IMG/VR virus record: IMGVR_UViG_3300032322_002195
Span: 44,838 to 108,837 of that record
Strand: one strand, 5' to 3'
Source: a virus
DNA length: 64,000 bases
In this document: positions 31,301-39,969 of the stretch, in pieces
How the letters are laid out: every line of letters begins with the position of its first letter
Numbering within the stretch: position 1 is the stretch's first letter
Made by a program: the position numbers and the translations under genes
Notes under the pieces: model-generated
The model's input: the letters and a program-made list of their open reading frames with translations, nothing else
Databases searched by the model: none
Told to the model about the DNA's origin: nothing

Positions 31301-31983
31301 TAACCTATGTCTTTTTTAAAATATTCCTTATTATTTTTATTTAATAAATTTTTGATAAAATAAATTATAAAATTAGCAAACCCAAATTTTTTAAACCTCC
31401 TGTCATCAAAATAAACACTTTTTTTAACTACATAAAATTTATTTGGATTTACCTCTCTACTTAAAAAATAATCCTCACAATGCATCAATTCAACATCAAA
31501 ACCACCTATTGACCAAAAAACATCCTTTTTAATCATAAAAAATCCACCAACAACAAATGGTTTGTCTAATTTAGAACACATCACTATTAAATTAGTAATA
31601 TAATACGCTAACTTTACCCTTAAATTACTTCTGCTATCCAATAAAACCCCAACCAAATCATTCCCACCAATAATAGATTTAATACACTCAAAAATAATAA
31701 ACTTATCATCAAAATAACAATCCGCATCCAAAAAAAGAAAAATATCACCAGACGCAACCCTAGCACCATTGTTCCTACCAAAACTAGGTAAACCTCCCTC
31801 AATAACTTTTATAGGTAAAACATCCCTATATTTATCAATTACCAATAAAGTCTTATCACTAGAATTAGCATCGGCAATAATAATCTCATACTCTATAGGC
31901 ATCTCTTGAACCAAAATAGAATCCAATAATTTACCAATATACCGCTCCTCATTTTTACAAGGTATTATAATAGATAACTCCAT
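31291..31983 (-). CDS. family 2 glycosyltransferase
   Basis: SIIIPCKNEE, DANSSDKT, RNNGA, FLDAD, GGFD...ED. Confidence 0.9.
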   Translation of the reverse strand: MELSIIIPCKNEERYIGKLLDSILVQEMPIEYEIIIADANSSDKTLLVIDKYRDVLPIKVIEGGLPSFGRNNGARVASGDIFLFLDADCYFDDKFIIFECIKSIIGGNDLVGVLLDSRSNLRVKLAYYITNLIVMCSKLDKPFVVGGFFMIKKDVFWSIGGFDVELMHCEDYFLSREVNPNKFYVVKKSVYFDDRRFKKFGFANFIIYFIKNLLNKNNKEYFKKDIGYWS

Positions 31984-32088
31984 AACAATAAATACAAGTT
32001 ACATCATATAACTGTGTTAAGAAATTAATATCTTTAAAACTTAGCACAATTCGTTTTTTAAAATATTTATAAATAAATCCATACCCAA

Positions 32089-32949
32089 ATGAAATTTTTT
32101 AGACTAGAAAAAACATTATTGTTTGAAAACAAACCAATCAATCGCCCAATACAACAATTGGACGAAATAGATGCATTGGCCTCAACAATAGACGATAATA
32201 TCTCCAAAGAAGCAAATATACCAAAAGATGTTTTAAATAGTTTTAAAATAAAAGATAATTTAAATCAAGATATTTGGTCAGAAGATAAACTGAACCCAAA
32301 AATTAAAAAAAAATTAATCAATATAGCCAAAGATTTCTTGAAAGATATAGAACTACCAAAAGGTATCAAAATAAATGATATTATCTTTACTGGTAGCCTA
32401 GCAAATTATAATTGGTCAAAATTTTCAGATATAGATTTACATATTGTAATAGACTTTAAACAATTTGAAGCTGATGAAAAAATGGTGGAAGATTATTTCT
32501 ACGCCCAAAAATCAATCTGGAACCAAGAACATGATATAACCGTATTTGATTACCCAGTAGAACTATATGTACAAGATGTAAATCATGAACTAGTAGCCAA
32601 CGCTGTTTATTCAGTTCTTCGTGATAAATGGTTAAAAAAACCAAAACGTGAAGAATTTGACGTAGATAGAAAAGCAATCAAAGATAGCGCTGAAAAATAT
32701 ATTCATTACCTTAAAGATATTCGCCAAGACTATAAAGATAAACATTACCAAAAAGTCATTGATAAAGTAACCAAGCTAAAAAATAAAATAAAAAATATGA
32801 GAAAAGCTGGTTTGGAAAGCGGAGGCGAATATAGCCACGAAAATTTGGTTTTTAAAGTACTTAGACGAACACAATTTATGGATATATTAGATAGCTTCAA
32901 ATCAAAAGCATATGATAATCTCATGTCTATATCAGAACCTATGAAATAA
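32089..32949 (+). CDS. Pol-beta-superfamily nucleotidyltransferase
   Basis: TGSLANYNWSKFSDIDLHIV (GS...DxD) and VELYVQD. Confidence 0.75.
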   Translation: MKFFRLEKTLLFENKPINRPIQQLDEIDALASTIDDNISKEANIPKDVLNSFKIKDNLNQDIWSEDKLNPKIKKKLINIAKDFLKDIELPKGIKINDIIFTGSLANYNWSKFSDIDLHIVIDFKQFEADEKMVEDYFYAQKSIWNQEHDITVFDYPVELYVQDVNHELVANAVYSVLRDKWLKKPKREEFDVDRKAIKDSAEKYIHYLKDIRQDYKDKHYQKVIDKVTKLKNKIKNMRKAGLESGGEYSHENLVFKVLRRTQFMDILDSFKSKAYDNLMSISEPMK

Positions 32950-32961
32950 ATCTTATATAAT

Positions 32962-33723
32962 ATGAAAGATTTTATCAGAAAAAAACTTCACGAAGCAATA
33001 AAATATTTGCCATATAGTGACAAAGAAGAATTAAAAGCAGGTGGCCCTTACTCAAGCCTTAGTAACCCGTCCTATAAACTAGACATAAATAAAATTAGAT
33101 ATAGAATGGCAAAAGCCGCTAGCATCGCCAATGAATATAAACAAAAAACTGGTGATGATAAATACTTCATGCTCCCAGATGATGGTGAAGGCTTCTATCA
33201 AGTAGAATTTAAACATGATGGTCAAATAAAAACAAAACATATCAGAGCCAGTGCCGATATGCAACAAATTGACCAACCATTCAGACCCACCGATGTAGGA
33301 ACCTGTAATTCATTTCAAAATATCGCTAGATACTGTTTCGTAAAAGCTGGTAAAAAATTGCCAGATGGTAAATTTAGCGCTGGCGCTAGCCCAGCTGAAG
33401 ATGCCGCTAATAAAGCCCTGCTAATATTTAAACACGAAATCCTAGATTTCTACAGTGACGCTGGTTATGGTGATGAAAAATCAGCCCAAATATCCAAAGA
33501 AAAAATGACCGACAAACAAGCACAACATAAACTTAAAAAAGACCTAGAAACCAAAATAGGTAGAAGACTTAGAGATGTTGAATGGTTCAAATACCTACAA
33601 ACTGGTGAAGAACCAAAACAAAAACAAACCCTGTCAATAGACCAAGAAAAAGCTGACGAATTTGAAAAAAGACAACAAGCAGCAATGAATAGAAGAGCAA
33701 CCGCACTGGCAAGATTAAAATAA
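32962..33723 (+). CDS. hypothetical probable head-internal protein
   Basis: MKDFIRKKLHE N-terminus. Confidence 0.55.
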   Translation: MKDFIRKKLHEAIKYLPYSDKEELKAGGPYSSLSNPSYKLDINKIRYRMAKAASIANEYKQKTGDDKYFMLPDDGEGFYQVEFKHDGQIKTKHIRASADMQQIDQPFRPTDVGTCNSFQNIARYCFVKAGKKLPDGKFSAGASPAEDAANKALLIFKHEILDFYSDAGYGDEKSAQISKEKMTDKQAQHKLKKDLETKIGRRLRDVEWFKYLQTGEEPKQKQTLSIDQEKADEFEKRQQAAMNRRATALARLK

Positions 33724-35091
33724 ACCTATATCCACACCCAATTCATTAACCTCCATATGTACCTTGTTGTAATTACCCACATACCCTTTTTCCTCAGCTT
33801 CAACCAAACCCATTTCTTCGCTAACCATAAAATCAATTAACTTTTTGTTAACCAATTTAACCAACTCTTCAGGTGCGTTAATATTGTATTTGCCCTTAAA
33901 CTGAACATTTTTTAATATCTTCTTCTCAACATTTCTATACTGAGGAATCTGTCCATCAATACTCTCTTTAATTTTAAATGACTCAGTAACATGTGAAAGC
34001 TCCAATGTATAACCATCAACATGATATATCGCACAAGCCCCTCTATCAACTTTATTCATATATGTGCCAACACAATGATTCTGAACCATACCCTCAGCCA
34101 ACATGTCTTTGTTGGTCGATAATAACTTGAATCCAGAAAAATTGGCAAATGCTTTGAATATTGGCCGTACATTTAATTCAACCTCCAACTCACTTTCTAA
34201 CAAAATGTTGGTTATCTCTCTGGCCCAAATATCATGCTCAGTCTTTAATCTATTTAAACTCCACCTACAATTTACCCTCCTACCAAGTATCCTAGCCATT
34301 CTACATGTGTCATAAAAATATTCCGAATTCAACATTTCCTCAGTCAAATGCTCAACCCCATCCAATATCTTCATAAAACCCCTCCAAATAACAATACCTT
34401 TTTTACCACCTGTAACAATTTGACCAAATCTTTTACTACTTAAAATAATCTCACCCAATTTGTGATGAACTCCAAGCACTGCCAAACTCATATCTTTTAA
34501 CTTGAATATCTCATCCTTGACAATTTTGTTGAATGTCAACCTATAAGAAACTTTGCTCTCATAAACTGTCTTGAACCAATGAAAACGTTTTTTAAAATAT
34601 TGAAAAATTTTAGAACCTAAAATCCTTTCACTGGTCTTATTAACATAAACTGATATATTCTCACAATCACCTATGAAACCTCTTAAAAGTTCAAACGTTA
34701 ATGGTTGAATTTTTTTATTATTGGTATACCAAAATTTTTCCTTTCGATATATAACACTAGATATCTTTTTTTGAGAACTGTAAATTTTATTGGTCGTGCT
34801 TATACCAAAATAATTTATAAAATGACTAATTTCAAATTCACCATTCTCAAATTCAAATAAAACAACTCTGTTAAATGAAAAATTATTTTTTCCCTTGTTA
34901 AAAAATTTAACCCTAGCTCTAAAAGGAGACTCCTTGTAAACCCTAAACAATTCGGAAACATTTGTCTTGTCAGACTCGTAAATTAATGTGTATGTTGGCT
35001 TAACCAAAACCCTATCCTTCTTGCACCTTTTCTTTATAGGTTTATCTTTTATCTCAGTTATAACCCTAGGCTCATTAAAAAGTTTTATCAT
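33715..35091 (-). CDS. PcfJ-like domain protein
   Basis: EHD...LAEGMVQNHCVGTY...YTLEL...QFKGKYN. Confidence 0.7.
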   Translation of the reverse strand: MIKLFNEPRVITEIKDKPIKKRCKKDRVLVKPTYTLIYESDKTNVSELFRVYKESPFRARVKFFNKGKNNFSFNRVVLFEFENGEFEISHFINYFGISTTNKIYSSQKKISSVIYRKEKFWYTNNKKIQPLTFELLRGFIGDCENISVYVNKTSERILGSKIFQYFKKRFHWFKTVYESKVSYRLTFNKIVKDEIFKLKDMSLAVLGVHHKLGEIILSSKRFGQIVTGGKKGIVIWRGFMKILDGVEHLTEEMLNSEYFYDTCRMARILGRRVNCRWSLNRLKTEHDIWAREITNILLESELEVELNVRPIFKAFANFSGFKLLSTNKDMLAEGMVQNHCVGTYMNKVDRGACAIYHVDGYTLELSHVTESFKIKESIDGQIPQYRNVEKKILKNVQFKGKYNINAPEELVKLVNKKLIDFMVSEEMGLVEAEEKGYVGNYNKVHMEVNELGVDIGLF

Positions 35092-35136
35092 AAAATTTTA
35101 TTTATCTACAAAGGTATACAAAAGATTTAAATTTAC

Positions 35137-35316
35137 AAAATTTTCCCAAAAAAAAATTTTTTCAAAAAAGGGTATCCTTATTCTTAACTTAAAATTTCCC
35201 CAAAAAATTTTTTTCAAAAAAGGGGTGACCATATTTTTAAGTCAAAATTTCCAGAAAAAAATTTTTTTTAAAAAAGGGGTATCCTTATTCTTAACTTAAA
35301 ATTTCCAGAAAAATTT
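35137..35316. repeat. ~53-bp direct repeats x3.5 with A/T tracts
   Basis: AAAATTTCC..AAAAAATTTTTTTCAAAAAAGGGGT units starting ~35137, 35191, 35244, 35298. Confidence 0.85.
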
Positions 35317-35331
35317 TAAACGGATAATCGT

Positions 35332-35419
35332 ACCCCCTTTATAGGGGGGTCAAAAAACCCTACGGGAGGGGGGTAACGGGGGAGGGGGTACGGAGGGGGT
35401 CCTATACGGGGGGAGGGGT
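35332..35419 (+). other. palindrome plus G-rich tract (G-quadruplex potential), candidate origin core
   Basis: ACCCCCT-TTAT-AGGGGGGT followed by four T(A)ACGG(G)nAGGGG units. Confidence 0.6.
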
Positions 35420-35630
35420 TAGATTGTTATGATGGTGCAAAGGTAGTAAAAATATCCATATAAACAAACTTTTTTGAAAATATTTTTATCTTTGTTAAAC
35501 AATGTATTTTAAAGCGTTTTAAGCGTGTTTCATATTGTTTTGGGGTATTGATATAGGTGAGGGGTTAAAAGTTGCTATAAAGCAAAAAAACCGCCTTTTT
35601 GGGGCGGTTTCTTTGTTTGGTTTGGTTTGC

Positions 35631-36515
35631 TTAGTTTAATTCGGCATAAACCAATTGGTGGGCTGTTTCGTTCATTTTTGCAGCACTTGCAAAAAGAATT
35701 GTTTCTTGGTCACCTTCTGCGAGGTTGTGAGTAGTGTACCTTGTAACACCTTGCAATAGGCTGAAAAGGTTTGCGCCTGTATTTTGCATTTCAATTGCTA
35801 CTGATTGATTGATAGCATCCAAAATGTTACGTTTGCGGGTATTAAGGTCGTTGTATTCTTTAACATCATAGCCTGTCAAAGCAGTCAAAAAGGTATCAAT
35901 ATCTTTTTGTTTTACTGATTTCAAAACTGATTGGTTAAGTAGTTCCACATGGTTTCTAGTCATTTCGGCAGCTTTCAAAATTTCATTGGTGAAATAAGAT
36001 ACTTTGATAACATTGCCTTTGGTATTTTTCATAGAAAGGTCAACGTCTTTTTGCCAATTTTTAGCACCATTTGCACACCACAAGCGAAGGGAATAGAAAC
36101 CGAGGGAAATTTTTGTTTTTCCATCAAAACCTGTTCTGAATTCCAAAGCCGTTTCCAAGGCATCGCCTACCATTGGGGTTTTAAGTTCGTATTTTTTGAA
36201 AGGGATACGGAAAGCTACTTTTGAACCGCCACGATATTCTGTATAGGTCAATTTTGAAAGGTCAAGATTAAGATTAGACTGCAATACAGAGTGCTGAATT
36301 GAATCCAAAAACAAGTGTAAATCCATTGGTTCAAAATCTTTACCAACAACACCCAAGGCATTGCCTCCGTTTGATTTATAGATACCATAGGCATCGGGTG
36401 AATTGTAACCATCAATACCTGAATGCAATTGGATTTTTTTGGCTACCAATACTTGGCTTTTAAGGTTTTCAAATGAATTCATTTGGTTTTCGATTGTTGA
36501 AAGGATGTTTTCCAT
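35631..36515 (-). CDS. DUF932/DUF945-like phage protein
   Basis: LGVVGKDF, RGGSKV, TGFDG, RLWCANG, FSLLQGVTRYTTH. Confidence 0.7.
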   Translation of the reverse strand: MENILSTIENQMNSFENLKSQVLVAKKIQLHSGIDGYNSPDAYGIYKSNGGNALGVVGKDFEPMDLHLFLDSIQHSVLQSNLNLDLSKLTYTEYRGGSKVAFRIPFKKYELKTPMVGDALETALEFRTGFDGKTKISLGFYSLRLWCANGAKNWQKDVDLSMKNTKGNVIKVSYFTNEILKAAEMTRNHVELLNQSVLKSVKQKDIDTFLTALTGYDVKEYNDLNTRKRNILDAINQSVAIEMQNTGANLFSLLQGVTRYTTHNLAEGDQETILFASAAKMNETAHQLVYAELN

Positions 36516-36689
36516 TTTTTAAATATTTAATTGATTAATGATGGGGCAAAGGTAGTAAAAAAATTGAAACTACCAAATTTTATTTTAATTAATTTGAAAA
36601 AGTTTATTAACAATTAGGTTGTTAATAACTTTATTTGGTAGATTGAAAAATTTTTATTATATTACGCACGTGTGTATGTGTATAAAAAA

Positions 36690-36763
36690 ATATAAGGCAG
36701 GTTGGAGTATACTCTTCCGTTGTTTTTTGAACCCCAGCCCGTTGTTTTTGAATTATCAACGGG
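36690..36763 (-). repeat. conserved non-coding element, copy 1 (hairpin + GAGTATACTC core), downstream of a promoter
   Basis: 36690-36717 is the exact reverse complement of 62273-62300. Confidence 0.85.
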
Positions 36764-36864
36764 ACAAAGATAGGGAATAAATTTGTAACTACCAAATTTA
36801 TTTTAATTTATTTATAAAAAAAAAGCACCCTATTAATAGAGTGCTTTTTTGTGGTGTGTTTATG

Positions 36865-37383
36865 TTATTCAGCGAACATAATTTTCGCACCGCATTTGAT
36901 TTCTTTGATACCTGACAATTTGACAGTTCTCACAATAATATCATTTTCAAGTTCTTGGTTTGTTGCTTTGCTTGGTGCTGGTTTAAATTTCTTTATAGTG
37001 GAAATTTGCTCGTCTGTTGCTTCAATACCATCTACGAAGTATTTTAGCGTTTTAGCGTTATTACAAGCGAAAAACAAATATAAAGCGGTTGTATCTTTTT
37101 TATTGCAAACGATTGAGCCGTTAAAGCCATCATTCACTTTCTGAAACCAATTTTCTTTGGCTTCAAAATCTGCTTCTTTACCTTCTTTCTCTCTGCGATT
37201 GTTTACCATATTGGTATAATTCGCATTAAGGAGCATATTGTAATTAACCATTTTGGTAATTTTGGCAGTTGCCAATGGATTGCCCCTTTTCAGTTGCTTT
37301 TCTTCTACGATTGCGGTCATTTGTGCGAAAGTAGCAGAACCGCCATCATTGATAAGGGTTTCGATAATTGATTGTTTGTTCAT
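36865..37383 (-). CDS. hypothetical phage protein
   Basis: 172 aa with own promoter and downstream terminator hairpin. Confidence 0.7.
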   Translation of the reverse strand: MNKQSIIETLINDGGSATFAQMTAIVEEKQLKRGNPLATAKITKMVNYNMLLNANYTNMVNNRREKEGKEADFEAKENWFQKVNDGFNGSIVCNKKDTTALYLFFACNNAKTLKYFVDGIEATDEQISTIKKFKPAPSKATNQELENDIIVRTVKLSGIKEIKCGAKIMFAE

Positions 37384-37563
37384 ACGTTTGTTTGTTTAAT
37401 TGTTTAACGATGATGCAAATAAAGGAATTATTTTTGACATTACCAAATTTAAATGAATTTATTTTAAGTTAGTTTATCAACATTTTTTTGTTGATAACTT
37501 AATTTGGTAGTATGGAATTTTTTTTGTACTTTTGCAAACTTTTTTCGGATATGTATAAAAAAA

Positions 37564-37625
37564 ATATAAGGTAGGTCGGAGTATACCTTCCGTTACCTTG
37601 TGAGCAACGTCCCGTCTGATTGACA
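37564..37625 (-). repeat. conserved non-coding element, copy 2 (diverged)
   Basis: ATATAAGGTAGGTCGGAGTATACCTTC at 37564-37590, promoter at 37629+. Confidence 0.75.
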
Positions 37626-37689
37626 CTGCAAATATAAAAAAAAGGTTTGAGATTACCAAACCTTTTTGAAAATAAATTTGTTAAATTTT

Positions 37690-37929
37690 TTACCACCTAT
37701 CATACCACTTTGAAGCATAGTAGTTTCTTGCTTTTTTATGGCTTTGTTTTTTAGGTTTCACATAGTAGGGTGTTTTGCTTGCTTTCTGTCCCCAAACTAC
37801 TTCCGTTCCTCTTGATATGGGTGTTGGCGCACCTTTACCCATAGAAACTGAATAGCAAGGTGATGTAGTGCTGCAAGAGCTAATAAAGAGGGTAAGAGCT
37901 GCGAGGGTTGATAATACGATTGTTTTCAT
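37690..37929 (-). CDS. small basic lipoprotein
   Basis: MKTIVLSTLAALTLFISSC lipobox; start after promoter. Confidence 0.6.
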   Translation of the reverse strand: MKTIVLSTLAALTLFISSCSTTSPCYSVSMGKGAPTPISRGTEVVWGQKASKTPYYVKPKKQSHKKARNYYASKWYDRW

Positions 37930-38057
37930 GTTTGTTTGTTTTAGTGATGCAAAGATAGACAAGTTTTTGATATTTCCAAATTTTAAATGAATTTATTTTA
38001 TAAAAAAATTTTTGGTAGAAAATTTGGTAGATTGAAAAAAAGTTTGTATATTTGCAG

Positions 38058-38128
38058 TGTTGTAAATGGTTCACAAGGTGTCTGAAAGTGGACTAACCAA
38101 ATACGCAGGTCAATCGACATTTACAACA
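38058..38128 (+). ncRNA. candidate small structured RNA
   Basis: starts right after a TAtaTTTG promoter; closing stem TGTTGTAAATG/CATTTACAACA. Confidence 0.5.
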
Positions 38129-38129
38129 T

Positions 38130-38229
38130 AGTCAGAGAAGCATGATTAGGTTATATGCCCTACTTGGGTTGAAGTAGTTACTTCGTAATTCCGCATGGGT
38201 GATAGCAGGTTCGAATCCTGTCCTGACTA
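38130..38229 (+). ncRNA. tRNA-like RNA with enlarged non-canonical anticodon arm
   Basis: acceptor AGTCAG/CTGACT, D-stem GCAT/ATGC, T-arm GCAGG-TTCGAAT-CCTGT. Confidence 0.65.
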
Positions 38230-38315
38230 CTAATTAGACCAACCTCCTTCCCATTAGAACAGGACGCTCAGGATTTAAGTAGGGTTTGATTCCCCTTAAT
38301 TAATTGGTCAATTTT

Positions 38316-38394
38316 GGTTAAATGGCGTAGCTGGATAGCGCAAGGATAGTGGCAGACCCCACCCTTTACACAGGTTCGAATCCTGTTTTAACCA
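38316..38394 (+). ncRNA. tRNA-like RNA without a canonical anticodon loop
   Basis: acceptor GGTTAAA/TTTAACC-A, D-arm GCGT..GG..GCGC, T-arm ACAGG-TTCGAAT-CCTGT; central AAGG-ATA-GTGG-CAGACC-CCAC-CCTT. Confidence 0.7.
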
Positions 38395-38496
38395 CGAATG
38401 CAGTTCAAATCTGCTCGTTGACTGAGGTTATGGTAAGTAGACTATTGAGGTACGCACTCAACTTAGAAATAAGGTAGAATGAAGTGAACAGTCAAA

Positions 38497-38526
38497 AAAA
38501 AGGGGTTGCTAATGCACCCCTTTTTT
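38497..38526 (+). terminator. bidirectional intrinsic terminator ending the ncRNA cluster
   Basis: AAAAAGGGGTTGC-TAAT-GCACCCCTTTTTT. Confidence 0.75.
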
Positions 38527-38532
38527 ATTTAT

Positions 38533-38550
38533 ATGTACGCAAATGTGTAC
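38533..38550. promoter_or_regulatory. ATGTACACA-AA-TGTGTACAT palindrome family (other copies 48525-48542, 62959-62978, 63157-63176)
   Basis: four near-identical intergenic copies. Confidence 0.7.
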
Positions 38551-38991
38551 TATTTTTTTAGGTTAATGAATCTATTTTTTGTTTCACCTTTTAATCGGTA
38601 ATTAAATTTGAATCCAGAGCCATCTTCAAATTCAATCATTTGAATTGGGAGTTGGAAAGAGAAGTGGTTTTTTTCTATTTCTGATATTGCTTGTTGAAGT
38701 TTCATATTAATTTATTTAAATGTTATTGAATATAAGAGCCACATAAAGCAGAGTAAATAGGGAACCCAAAAAGATTATTGGGTAATAGAACTCTAATGGA
38801 TTTGATTTCCTTTTTTGGTTTAGGGATGATAAAACTTGTTTCATTGTTTTGATTATTTAATTGATAGGACAAAGATAAGCAAATTAATTTAAACTACCAA
38901 ATTTATTTTGAATTTTGAAGACCTACTCAAATATTTTATTAAAAACCAATTGGTTGCAAAAAGGTATGTATATATGATAGTTATAGGTAAT

Positions 38992-39162
38992 TTAAAAACT
39001 GACCATGTGCCAAATTTTACATTCTATATCTAATTTAAGTTGTTGCTCTTTAATTTTGCTTTCATTAGCCCAGTAATATTTCCAAAATTCATCATCTGAT
39101 TGAAATTGTCCTATTTTTATTTCTTTCGTTTCAGCAAAATTAAACATAAAGTACTGTTTCAT
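38992..39162 (-). CDS. cassette-borne hypothetical protein (56 aa, below ORF-track cutoff)
   Basis: MKQYFMFNFAETKEIKIGQFQSDDEFWKYYW... fills cassette 1. Confidence 0.55.
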   Translation of the reverse strand: MKQYFMFNFAETKEIKIGQFQSDDEFWKYYWANESKIKEQQLKLDIECKIWHMVSF

Positions 39163-39284
39163 AATTCAGTTTTTAAACATACCTATAACAAAGTGTATAA
39201 GTAATGTGGCTAAATAAATTTAGTTCTAAGTTGAAAGTATGTGCAAAGCCACACTACTCATACACTCAACCGTTAGCGGTAATC

Positions 39285-39545
39285 TTAAAGACACTCCGCA
39301 TATTCAATATATTCTTTATGCCTTTGTCTAAAATGATTGAGATGCCATTTAGACCTTTCAATAAATTCTTTCGGTGCATTTTTACTTTCGAGCCAATAAA
39401 GGTGGTTCTTTTCCTTTTCAATCATTCTTTCGACAAAAGGTATTATATCGTTTACCATTTGCTCCTTGAAAGAAAGACTACCGCTAACAACAGGTTTATT
39501 CAATGCGGGTTTTCTGCTCCCAAATAACATTTTTAGTAATTTCAT
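39285..39545 (-). CDS. cassette-borne hypothetical protein starting inside the attC-like site
   Basis: ALNKPVVSGS is encoded by the attC arm and core site. Confidence 0.6.
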   Translation of the reverse strand: MKLLKMLFGSRKPALNKPVVSGSLSFKEQMVNDIIPFVERMIEKEKNHLYWLESKNAPKEFIERSKWHLNHFRQRHKEYIEYAECL

Positions 39546-39622
39546 ATTTTCTGCTTTTAAGTTAATTTATCTGTTAATTCTAGCACTAAATAAACCTGCG
39601 GTACGTTAGCAGAAAAAGTTTG

Positions 39623-39913
39623 CTAAAACCTCTTTCCACAATTATTGCAGTGATAACCTCTATGAGTTCGTACTCTGTCTTGGGTACTGTGAAAGCAAAC
39701 TTCATCTGCTAACACAGTACATAACTTTTTTTTTAGGTATTTAATTACATCAGCCCAATATTCATCATTAGGAGAAAAACCTATATTTGATGCTATTTTT
39801 TCGGCACACCAAATTGCTATCCTTATCGAAATGGCTTCTTTTGTTCCTCCTGAAGATGGTGCATATTCATACGCTTCATCAATTAGTTTTTCTGCTTGTT
39901 GTTCTACTGTCAT
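39623..39913 (-). CDS. hypothetical protein with cassette-derived Cys/His C-terminus
   Basis: junction VLAD = GTGTTAGCAGA core site, then CFH...YHCNNCGKRF. Confidence 0.6.
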   Translation of the reverse strand: MTVEQQAEKLIDEAYEYAPSSGGTKEAISIRIAIWCAEKIASNIGFSPNDEYWADVIKYLKKKLCTVLADEVCFHSTQDRVRTHRGYHCNNCGKRF

Positions 39914-39969
39914 TACTTGTCGTTTTTAACTAATCATAATTGATTATTTGATAAGACAAAGATAAGCAA

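Larger units (their letters stand above)
38980..39713 (+). mobile_element. three consecutive integron-like gene cassettes with attC-like sites (39183-39278, 39482-39611)
   Basis: complementary cassette ends GTTATAGGT/ACCTATAAC, GTTAGCGGTA/TACCGCTAAC, GTTAGCAGA/TCTGCTAAC; inner inverted arms 17/19 and 14/16. Confidence 0.75.

Noticed and set aside
34988-35299. + strand 103-aa ORF over the A-tract repeats (likewise 62549-62821)
   Set aside because: F/K/I/Y-rich translation of non-coding repeats
38058-38128. Hammerhead ribozyme (CTGA/GAAA present)
   Set aside because: The CUGANGA and GAAA cores are not arranged around stems as required
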